Shown here: in pieces, positions 51,801-64,000 of the stretch
Numbering within the stretch: position 1 is the stretch's first letter
Layout: each line of letters starts with the position of its first letter
Assembly (NCBI GenBank): GCA_963668025.2
Contig: CAXXTH010000010.1
Coordinates: forward strand, 576,001 to 640,000
Length of the DNA: 64,000 bases
Origin: Candidatus Hydrogenedentota bacterium
GTDB taxonomy: Bacteria > Hydrogenedentota > Hydrogenedentia > Hydrogenedentales > SLHB01
Reading direction: 5' to 3'
Notes under the pieces: generated by a model
Told to the model about the DNA's origin: nothing
The model's input: the letters and a program-made list of their open reading frames with translations, nothing else
Databases searched by the model: none
Translations under genes and position numbers: made by a program

Positions 51801-52283
51801 AAAAGGCCCCCTTTATTTCACGCGTCGAAAACTCCCTGCGCCATTTATTTGCCCTGTTTTGTATGTCGCACGATATCTGTAGTTTGTTCCTGTTCAGATT
51901 GAGAGGTATTGTGTATTGTGTACGGAGAAATAGTCAATTTTCCCATTTATTCCCTAGTGGTTCATCTCATCTGGTTTTAACAAATCACAGGAACCCCCGG
52001 CCTCGTGAATAGGGGCGTTCATGACATAGAGTTGCGTATCGTCCCGTATTTTCATGCCATTTCGCAGCTCTTGTTTTCATGTTTCTTTCCCCGCCGCCCG
52101 ATGTTCTTCATTATGGAAAGCCGCTATGCGTCCAAGCTTCATGTGTTCACGAAGCATTTATTGCATCCCATCAGGATTCGTCCATTAACGGAAAGAGAGG
52201 AGTGATTCGCGATGCGTAAAGTCGAATATATTCTATTGTAAAATAAATTCCAATATATAATTTACGACAGTAAAAATTACATA

Positions 52284-52312
52284 TTGACAAATGTCAAATA
52301 CTCGGATATAAT
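52284..52312 (+). promoter_or_regulatory. Consensus sigma70 promoter overlapped by a palindromic operator
   Basis: TTGACA (52284-89)-N17-TATAAT (52307-12). Palindrome TTGACA-AA-TGTCAA at 52284-52297. Confidence 0.85.
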
Positions 52313-52375
52313 GATTGCTAGACCATTCAGATTCATTTTGAAAACCGGCGCACGAAACCAAAAGGGTTATATCGT

Positions 52376-53539
52376 ATGCAAAACAAGATGAGAAATAGGA
52401 AGAGTGGATTCACGCTCATTGAATTGCTGGTGGTTATCGCAATCATTGCCATTTTGGCAGCCATATTGCTTCCAGCGCTTGCCAGGGCTCGGGAAGCTGC
52501 AAGGCGGGCGTCTTGCGCCAGCAACCTCAAACAGTGGGGCGTCATTTTTAAAATGTATGCGGGGGAATCTAAAGATGGAAGGTTTCCTGGCGGCTCTCAA
52601 TATACCTATGTATCCAGCAAGATCGCGGAGGCGGGATTAGGCTCGCAGAACTGGCTGGCCATGGGGATCAACAGCTCCCAAGTGTATCCAGAATATTGGA
52701 ATGATCCGTCTCTCATGTCTTGCCCCTCGGATCCCCATACGGATGAGTTGGGCCTAGCGCTCTCGGATGAAGCGCCGGAATTGGCGCGCCATGCGGCGGC
52801 TTCGTTAAGTGGGCTTTCCGGAAGCGCCGACACCGCCAATACGGCGGCGTGGGGTGGAAAGCATTGTCTTCATTCACTGCTTTCCATGCCATGTTCATAC
52901 CTTTACATTCCCGTCGCCACGTATACGGCTTGCCAGTTATGCGCCGTGGTTTCCAGTTCATGGGATGAAGACACTGCCGCACAGGCGGGCGTGGGCGGCG
53001 TTTGGGGATGGCAAGGATGGGATAAGAGCGCTTGCGGAGTGGACGCGAAAAGCATGGAAGCGGCGGGATGCGGCTTTGGCGTGAATTATTGGTCTGGCCG
53101 TTTTCAATATGACCTGCCAAATCCACTGGACACCGGCAAAGCCTACGCAAAGGGCGTGCGTGGCTCTTATGTGATGTACAGCAGCAATGAACTCTACGAC
53201 GACGATGGAGCCACCCGCATGCCTTCCCGTTATTACCATCTCAAAGAAGGCGTCGAACGTTTTTTTATCACGGACATTAATAACCCCGCCGGTGGCGCCC
53301 GCGCCCAGAGCAGTATTTTCATCATGTTTGATGCGTGGGGAAAATCACAAACCGTACTCGAGATCAGCGCCATCAGCGCATTCAACCATGTGCCGGGCGG
53401 CTCGAATGTGCTCTACATGGACGGGCATGTGGAATTCAAAAAATATGGAAGCATGGCTCCTGTGGCGCAATTAGGCCTGGATGGTTCGTATGGAAGCACT
53501 GCGGGCTGGTTGTTGGGCATGGCGGGGGGCTTCGGCTGA
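52376..53539 (+). CDS. DUF1559 prepilin-type protein with H-X9-DG motif
   Basis: [68 protein letters not shown]. Confidence 0.95.
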   Translation: MQNKMRNRKSGFTLIELLVVIAIIAILAAILLPALARAREAARRASCASNLKQWGVIFKMYAGESKDGRFPGGSQYTYVSSKIAEAGLGSQNWLAMGINSSQVYPEYWNDPSLMSCPSDPHTDELGLALSDEAPELARHAAASLSGLSGSADTANTAAWGGKHCLHSLLSMPCSYLYIPVATYTACQLCAVVSSSWDEDTAAQAGVGGVWGWQGWDKSACGVDAKSMEAAGCGFGVNYWSGRFQYDLPNPLDTGKAYAKGVRGSYVMYSSNELYDDDGATRMPSRYYHLKEGVERFFITDINNPAGGARAQSSIFIMFDAWGKSQTVLEISAISAFNHVPGGSNVLYMDGHVEFKKYGSMAPVAQLGLDGSYGSTAGWLLGMAGGFG

Positions 53540-53645
53540 TACCCGGCAAGCTTTTAAAAAACATTAATAGTGAATTGCATACTTGTAAAGAGGTTGATGA
53601 AAGAAAAGTCGTGTTTGGGTGGGGTATCTGTAAAGGAGGCATAAA

Positions 53646-55292
53646 ATGATTCGTAGAATCTCAACAAGTCTAGTGATCTTTTGCCTGGCCTGCGTGGGAG
53701 CGCATGCAGGGACGGCGGTGTTCTCGGGTGATGATACGGTGAAAATGACTACCGGGGAAGGCGAGATCACATACAATGCCGATTCATTTGTATTCAAGAA
53801 TACGGATAATGGAACGTGGGGCAGTTGCATTGCAGCTACGGGCGACGCCCTCGGCCTGCAAGTCCTCAAAGATATGGGCCGTATAGAGTTTACTCTGCTT
53901 GATCGAAGCCAATTGACGGAATGGTGGCATTGGGTGGGACTTCGCTTGGTGGTTTGCGATCATGAGGGCGCAACAGTGTTGGGATACATCGAATGGCAAG
54001 TCCGGCAAAATGCCATGGTGCTCCAAGTGTATGATGCGGAATGGAATAATCTGTCGAATGACGAGATTCATGAATGGTCCATCGATCCTTCCTACCTCAA
54101 TCATTTCATGATCGATTTTTCGAGCACGCAAATCAAGACGTTTTACGATAAAGGCGATGGAGCCTTTACACAATCCGCCGCTATTGCGGATTTGACGAAT
54201 TTATATGCGCTCGGCGACGCCACGGCATCGGGGCAGGAGTATAAGGCATGGCTCTCGATCCGAACCGCTGGCGCAGCCAACGCACAAGTGACGTTTGATG
54301 AAATCGCTTTTACGGGTTCGGGATTTCCAGACGTGAATGCCAGCGGCGGCGGCGGCGGAGAATGCACGGGCGATCCGGGAACCGCCATCTTCACCAGCCA
54401 ATCGGATGCGGAGTTGTTAAGCGCCGTGTCCGGCGCGCTTACATATACCAACGACACATTCACGCTCACAACGTCAGACAACGGCGGCTGGGGCGAAGGC
54501 ATTGCGGAGATATCGAATCTCACCGGCGAACCGCAGTTTCAATGCTTGGGCGACATTCAACTGGAACTAGCGGATGTTAGCGCCGCCAATGAATGGTGGC
54601 AAGGTTTTGGAGTCCGCATCTATGCAAATTCGCATCCTATTGATTGCGTGTTTGTTCCGAATAATAATGGCGTATCTGGTGCGTTTATACGGATTGACGA
54701 TACCGAAGTGGCGAGTGAATGGAATCTGGCGTTCCCATTAACGCGCGGAATGGTGCGCGTGAGCGATTCAACGCTTACGCTCTACTATGATGCTGGAGAT
54801 GGGAATTGGGAATCCACCGTAGCCCAGATTGATCTTACCGCCGCCCCGCAAGGCTTAGGCGACATCTCCACATCCACAATATGGCTGCAACTCCGGACGG
54901 TGGGTTCCGCAAACATGGCGATGGGTTTCAACGAGGTGCGCGTTGAAGGCCCTGGCGTTCCGAATGTGAATAATACTGGGGATGCCGATGATGATAGCGA
55001 TGGGCTGGGCAACGCAGAAGAAGACGTACTCGGAACCGATCCGAATGATCCCGATACGGACGACGATGGCCTTAATGACGGCGATGAAGTGGCGCGGGGA
55101 ACAAACCCCCTTGTTGCCGACACGGACGGCGATGGCGTTAGTGATGGGGATGAAGTCGAGCAAGGGACGGACCCACTCGTGAATGAAGGCATGCAATTGC
55201 CAGTGCTTCACGTGCTAGGCCTTGGCTTTCTGGCGGCAGTCATCCTGCTAAAAGGCATTCGCGCTCACCAGCCTGCGGGCCGTTGTCGGTAG
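53646..55292 (+). CDS. Surface protein with two tandem homologous Trp-rich beta domains, TSP3-like repeats and LPV-TM tail
   Basis: Signal peptide AHA-G; repeats GTAVF..DNGTWG..EWW..WLSIRT..PDVN and GTAIF..DNGGWG..EWW..WLQLRT..PNVN; DTDxDGxxDGDEV repeats; [33 protein letters not shown]. Confidence 0.85.
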   Translation: MIRRISTSLVIFCLACVGAHAGTAVFSGDDTVKMTTGEGEITYNADSFVFKNTDNGTWGSCIAATGDALGLQVLKDMGRIEFTLLDRSQLTEWWHWVGLRLVVCDHEGATVLGYIEWQVRQNAMVLQVYDAEWNNLSNDEIHEWSIDPSYLNHFMIDFSSTQIKTFYDKGDGAFTQSAAIADLTNLYALGDATASGQEYKAWLSIRTAGAANAQVTFDEIAFTGSGFPDVNASGGGGGECTGDPGTAIFTSQSDAELLSAVSGALTYTNDTFTLTTSDNGGWGEGIAEISNLTGEPQFQCLGDIQLELADVSAANEWWQGFGVRIYANSHPIDCVFVPNNNGVSGAFIRIDDTEVASEWNLAFPLTRGMVRVSDSTLTLYYDAGDGNWESTVAQIDLTAAPQGLGDISTSTIWLQLRTVGSANMAMGFNEVRVEGPGVPNVNNTGDADDDSDGLGNAEEDVLGTDPNDPDTDDDGLNDGDEVARGTNPLVADTDGDGVSDGDEVEQGTDPLVNEGMQLPVLHVLGLGFLAAVILLKGIRAHQPAGRCR

Positions 55293-55313
55293 CCTTGCAT
55301 GCGTTCGTGCTAA

Positions 55314-55343
55314 CAAGCGGGCGGCCATCTTGCCGCCCGCTTG
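55314..55343. terminator. Strong intra-operon hairpin (stabiliser or partial terminator)
   Basis: CAAGCGGGCGGC-N6-GCCGCCCGCTTG, 12-bp perfect stem, no U-tract on plus. Confidence 0.6.
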
Positions 55344-55412
55344 GGTAAAAATCTCGTTATACAGATAATCCAACGTACTCGACAGTTATACTTCACTTGA
55401 AAAGGATAGCGT

Positions 55413-57752
55413 GTGGCGAAATTCTTGCGAATCAGTTTGGCTGTTCTTGCGGGCTTTATTATCATTTGGTCTTTTTACTGGTTTTGCACCCGCCCCTTGC
55501 GTAAAGCCCAGGAAGTGGGCGGGCGTACGGAAATATCCATTATTGTTTGGGCGAACCGCGACGAGGAACAGATCAACCAGACCATGTTCGCCACCGTGGA
55601 GCGGGAATATCCTGGAATAAAGATCCTGCCCATCAATGCAACAGCGGATTACTGGACGACCGTTCAGACAATGGTAGCCGGTGGCGATCCGCCGGATATC
55701 CTTTGCACCAACTCAAAGCAAATACCGCTATATGCCGGAAAAGGCGTCCTGCTCGATATTGAGCCGTACATTGAAGAAGACTTAAAGAATGGCACGATGC
55801 CCTTCGATTTCAATGATTATTACCCAAAAACCATCAACAGTTTCCGATTTGATGGCAAGACCTCTGGGCATGGTGCTTTATATGGGCTTCCCGTCAACTT
55901 CACACCGATGGGCTTCTATTATAACAAGGATTTATTCCGCCGGGCGGGCGTCGAATATCCCACCGATGACTGGACCTGGGAGGAGTTTGAGCAGAAAGCG
56001 CAAGCGATTGGCCGGTTGAATGGCTGTTATGGCGCCGATCTCTGGCTGAATGCCGACACCTTCCGTGCATTTCTAGGAACCTATGGCCTCGATATCTTCA
56101 CTCCCGGATTCACGGGCCTGCGGACATCGGAGCCGGAGGTCATCGCCGTATTGGAACGGCTTCGGAGCTGGCGCTTCGACCACGTGCGCATGGTGACGGA
56201 CTCCACGAGCCAGCTCCAGTCCGGCTCGGGGCTGTTCATGACTGGCAGGCTCGGGATGCTTGGGCCTATTGGCCGCTGGGCCGTGCCAAACTTGCGGAAG
56301 ATCGAGGCCTTTGATTGGGATTTCGCCCAGCTTCCCCGTGGCTCGGAACGTTCCAATATCCTGCATGTCGCAGGCTGGTGTATTACCAAATCGACCAAAC
56401 ACCCGAGGGAAGCCTATCTGGTGCTTCGCAGTTTGGCTTCGCCGGAGAACCAGCGGATTCTGTCCGGGCTGGGCCTGGCGTTGCCCGCGATGCAATCCGT
56501 CGCACGCAGTGATGTGTTTCAAGATCCCTGCGTGAAGCCGGAACGCGACGATCTTTACTTGGAGGCCGTCGAACGAGCAACGGCAATCGAGGAACCGGCG
56601 GACTCCAAGTTCTCCTCATACATGAACCGTGCATTGGATGACGCATACCGCATAGGCACCGTTGCCCCTAAAGACGCCCTGGCGTATGTCAAACAAGAAT
56701 GGGAGAAGGAGCAATATTCCCCCCTGAGCAGCAGCCGTTTTCCTCTCATGCCCTGGAAACGGCTGGCCGTGGCAACACTCTCGATATGCGGTGCCATCTT
56801 CCTAGCATTAGGCCTGCTCTGGTGGCGGTACCGGCCCGGCAAGGCGGCGCTGCTGGAAGAACTCACGGGATATGGGATGGTCGCTCCATGGGTCATTGGT
56901 TTTGTGGTGTTTACGGCGGGGCCAATGCTGGCGTCACTGTTCCTGGCGTTCAGCAAGTGGAGCGGCATCACGCCCATCGAAACCGCCCAATGGGTGGGAT
57001 GGGGCAATTTTAAGTTCATGTTCCAACAGGATGAGCGATTGTGGAAATCCCTGTGGGTGACGGCCCAATATGCCTTGCTGGCCGTGCCGGTGGGACAAGC
57101 CTCGGCGCTCGCCGTGGCGATGCTGATGAATTCCGAAGTGAAGGGGATTGGACTCTTCCGCAGCATTTGGTATTTACCGAGCGTGCTGGCGGGCGTGGGC
57201 ATGGCCGTAATGTGGCGCTGGGTGTTTGACACGCAAAACGGCTTGCTCAACGCCGTATTGCGGCCTCTGCTGTCATTCTTGGGTTTGACGCCGCCCGACT
57301 GGTTCGGCCTGCACGCCGGCATGGCCGCCATACCCGCTTTCGTGCTCATGAGTTTGTGGGGCGTTGGAGGCGGAATGCTGATCTACCTGGCAGGGCTGAA
57401 CGCGATTCCTCAAAGCTTGTATGAAGCCTCGCGAATCGATGGCGCTGGATGGTGGAGCCGGTTTTGGAATGTGACTATCCCCATGCTGAGCCCCGTCATC
57501 TTGTTCAATGTAGTGATGGCCGTCATCGGTTCTTTCCAGGTGTTCACGCAGGCGTATATCATGACGGGAGGAGGCCCCGGCGACGCTACGCTCTTCTATG
57601 TCTTATACCTGTTCCGCAGGGCTTTTGAATTCTACGATATGGGCTACGCATCGGCGATGGCGTGGCTCCTTTTCCTGATCACCTTGTTGCTCACCATGCT
57701 GGTGATACGGTTTAGCCGCCGAAGGATACATTATGAAGGACTACGGGGTTAA
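55413..57752 (+). CDS. Sugar ABC transporter: solute-binding protein fused to MalF-like permease
   Basis: SBP motifs AGGDPPDI, YYNKDLF..DDWTWEEF, then permease with EAA loop IPQSLYEASRIDGAG and MGYASAMAW. Confidence 0.93.
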   Translation: MAKFLRISLAVLAGFIIIWSFYWFCTRPLRKAQEVGGRTEISIIVWANRDEEQINQTMFATVEREYPGIKILPINATADYWTTVQTMVAGGDPPDILCTNSKQIPLYAGKGVLLDIEPYIEEDLKNGTMPFDFNDYYPKTINSFRFDGKTSGHGALYGLPVNFTPMGFYYNKDLFRRAGVEYPTDDWTWEEFEQKAQAIGRLNGCYGADLWLNADTFRAFLGTYGLDIFTPGFTGLRTSEPEVIAVLERLRSWRFDHVRMVTDSTSQLQSGSGLFMTGRLGMLGPIGRWAVPNLRKIEAFDWDFAQLPRGSERSNILHVAGWCITKSTKHPREAYLVLRSLASPENQRILSGLGLALPAMQSVARSDVFQDPCVKPERDDLYLEAVERATAIEEPADSKFSSYMNRALDDAYRIGTVAPKDALAYVKQEWEKEQYSPLSSSRFPLMPWKRLAVATLSICGAIFLALGLLWWRYRPGKAALLEELTGYGMVAPWVIGFVVFTAGPMLASLFLAFSKWSGITPIETAQWVGWGNFKFMFQQDERLWKSLWVTAQYALLAVPVGQASALAVAMLMNSEVKGIGLFRSIWYLPSVLAGVGMAVMWRWVFDTQNGLLNAVLRPLLSFLGLTPPDWFGLHAGMAAIPAFVLMSLWGVGGGMLIYLAGLNAIPQSLYEASRIDGAGWWSRFWNVTIPMLSPVILFNVVMAVIGSFQVFTQAYIMTGGGPGDATLFYVLYLFRRAFEFYDMGYASAMAWLLFLITLLLTMLVIRFSRRRIHYEGLRG

Positions 57753-57793
57753 AAACAGGCAATTGGGTAAAAGATAACAGCAACCATAAATAC

Positions 57794-57987
57794 GCCACGG
57801 AAGGCGCAAGAAACGCAACACTTAAGGCGGTTCAAAATTGGATGTAAAAAAAGCAGATAGATTCTATTCTCCCGTGGCATGGACGGGACGCCCATGCCAC
57901 GGTGTTCAACACTGGTTTGAAACTATATGGCATGATAGGCGCTGCCGTACTACATGCTTGATCCATTCTATTGGCGTCTCTCGTGGC
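57794..57987. repeat. Nested hairpin element between the two permease genes
   Basis: Outer imperfect IR GCCACGGAAGGCGC / GCGTCTCTCGTGGC. Inner perfect 11-bp stem CCGTGGCATGG..CCATGCCACGG (57872-57902). Confidence 0.6.
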
Positions 57988-58901
57988 CAAAGGGGATGAA
58001 AACCGTGCGGAAAACAGTTATCTACATACTCTTGTGCGCAGGCTCCGTGATCTTGTTATTCCCTTTGTGGTGGATGATAACGATCAGCCTGTCTTCCCAG
58101 GCGGACGCCATGGCCAGCGTGGCCGATATTTCCTCATTCCAATTCATGCCGCGTCATCCGCAATGGCGCAACTACGTCGACGCGTTTCGAGGGATGGGGA
58201 CCATTAAGGAAGTGGCCAGTAGCAAGGCGTATGTCGAGAAATCAGTGATTGGCGATTGGACGGGCTTCCTTGACGCGCTCAGCAACACCGTCGTGATCAC
58301 CGCGTTATGTGTGCTTGGGCAGATCCTCTCGTGCAGCCTGGTGGGATATGCGTTCGCCCGCCTCCGGTTTCGCGGTAATTCCACGTTGTTCGCGATTATG
58401 CTGTCCACGATGATGCTCCCGGGGCAGGTCACCATGATCCCGGTATTCGTTCTCTTTCGGTATCTGGGGTGGATCAACACCATCTTACCATTGGTGGTTC
58501 CTTCCTTTTTCGGGTCCGCGTTTTTCATTTTCATGTTCCGCCAGTTTTTCGCCCAGATCCCCCATGATTTGCTCGAGGCCGCGCGGATCGATGGCGCAAA
58601 CAATGTGGGTATTTGGTGGCGCATCATGCTGCCCATGTCACGGCCAGTCGTGGCCATCACCGCTGTATTCACCTTTATCGGACAATGGAACGATTTCATG
58701 GGGCCCCTGATTTACCTGCACACCAAAGATCAAGCGACGCTTGCCCTTGCGTTGAATTCGTTTCGCTCCCAATTTGGCATCGAGAAGCTCCACCTCCTCA
58801 TGGCAGCGAGCGTCACCACTATGCTCCCATGTGTATTACTGTTTTTTGTGGCGCAACGCCAATTCATCAAGGGATTGAATTTAGGGGCTGTAAAAGGTTG
58901 A
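57954..58901 (+). CDS. Sugar ABC transporter permease, MalG-like (start probably ATG 57996)
   Basis: GYAFARLRF, EAA loop IPHDLLEAARIDGA, WNDFMGPL, C-terminal GAVKG. Confidence 0.95.
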   Translation: MLDPFYWRLSWPKGMKTVRKTVIYILLCAGSVILLFPLWWMITISLSSQADAMASVADISSFQFMPRHPQWRNYVDAFRGMGTIKEVASSKAYVEKSVIGDWTGFLDALSNTVVITALCVLGQILSCSLVGYAFARLRFRGNSTLFAIMLSTMMLPGQVTMIPVFVLFRYLGWINTILPLVVPSFFGSAFFIFMFRQFFAQIPHDLLEAARIDGANNVGIWWRIMLPMSRPVVAITAVFTFIGQWNDFMGPLIYLHTKDQATLALALNSFRSQFGIEKLHLLMAASVTTMLPCVLLFFVAQRQFIKGLNLGAVKG

Positions 58902-58949
58902 AATAACGGGAATACCGAAGAAATTTCGTTCCATATCCCAACAAATGTA

Positions 58950-59009
58950 TTGACACAATTGGTATTTTATGTTACTCTGTAAACATGGAAACTTTACACA
59001 TGTCAAATA
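58950..59009 (+). promoter_or_regulatory. lacI-gene promoter and second copy of the putative operator
   Basis: TTGACA (58950-55)-N17-TACTCT with extended TG. TTTACACATGTCAAATA (58993-59009) matches 52284-52300 at 15/17 positions. Confidence 0.75.
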
Positions 59010-60054
59010 AAGATGAGGCAAACAAGAAAAAAGGTATAACGACCGCGGATATCGCCCGTATGACGGGTCTTTCCCGGGCGACGGTCTCAGCGGTATTAAA
59101 CCGAAAGCCGGGAGTGAATCCAGAGACCCGGGAAAAAGTGTTTGATGTCATTCGTGCGACAGGTTACGAAACGGGCATGTTTTCGCGTTCGCTGCTGAGC
59201 CAGCTCTCACGCATGGTGATCGTGCTTTCCCCTGGCATATCGAATCCCTTTTATCACCAGTTTTTTGAGGGCATCGCCCGCACGCTGGAACCGGAAGGAT
59301 ACCATGTGCTGTTCCAGCATACCTGGTGGGGCGAAGAAGGCACGATGCCCGTATTGGAACGTATTCAATCGTATGGGCCAGCGGGAATCATCGTGCATGG
59401 CTCCTTGGAAGGCGCGCCTGCTGTGCTCGATTTTGGCGTGCCTTGCGTGGGGATAGAGGCTGATGCAGGGCTGCGTGCGCACCGGGTCTCTTTTGATGTG
59501 CCGAAAGCGGCGAAACTCATCACGGATTATGTAATTCAATGCGGGCATCGCCGGATCGCTTTTTTGGCGGGGCCGGAATGCGAGGCCACTCGCCAGCGCA
59601 AGGTGGGGATTATTGAAGCATTTGTTGACCGGGGAATCGAGTTAGTTAATCTAGTGGTAAGGTACAACTGCGACGATCCCGCTCATGGCTACCAGGAAGC
59701 GCTCCACTTGCTTCAAACACCGGAAACGCGCCCGACCGCCATCTTCTGCTACAACGACTATTGCGCCTTCGGCGTGTACCGGGCGGCGCACGATCTGGGA
59801 TTGCATATTCCGAATGATTTGAGCGTAACGGGATTCGACGGCATCGAGGTGGGTGAACTGCTCGGGCCGCCATTGACGACCGTCTCGATTTTTCCTCAGC
59901 GGCAAGGCGAAGAAGCGGCGCGCCTGCTGATACGGGCCATTCGGGGTGAAATCGGCCCCGAGCCCGTTGGCGTCATTATCGAACCCAAAGTGATCATACG
60001 GGAATCAGTCCGGGATTTAGCGGATGTGCCCTCGGGAAACGGACATGATCATGC

Positions 60055-64000
<3,946 letters not shown>

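Noticed and set aside
57928-57943. Internal sigma54 promoter TGGCATGATAGGCGCT
   Set aside because: GG-N10-GC spacing is met, but the TT before GC is missing and it lies inside a repeat element mid-operon.

Overview
GC-rich bacterial chromosomal window. The DUF1559/H-X9-DG pilin-like gene, SBP-permease fusion, URO-D paralogs and LP-TM C-terminal tails suggest a PVC- or Hydrogenedentes-like anaerobe; this is inference. Left to right: two adjacent frameshifted IS elements (ISAs1-type carrying a passenger gene, and IS1182-type) that interrupt a BNR/beta-propeller glycosidase; a corrinoid protein plus three URO-D/MtaA-family genes and marC; a DHS-like protein; a 7TM histidine kinase; AraC; ilvBN with a Val/Leu leader-peptide attenuator; an AT-richer island with a SIR2-STAND-TPR-cold-shock (Avs5-like) defence gene; arsC; an MFS-HEAT fusion; gmhB; a four-gene phosphorelay headed by a kinase with a degenerate CheB domain; lepB; a sigma54-type pilV/W/X-like operon; a papain-family surface protease; HAD and PilZ proteins; and an operon containing two small genes missing from the ORF track. 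The last 17 kb is a carbohydrate locus: LamG-GH, Tat-PHP hydrolase, DUF1559 pilin, tandem-domain surface protein, ABC SBP-permease fusion, permease, LacI, GH63-like and GH2, with a shared putative operator. This locus is the best candidate for an under-described system. No rRNA, tRNA or CRISPR array was seen. All family calls come from motif recognition, not database searches.
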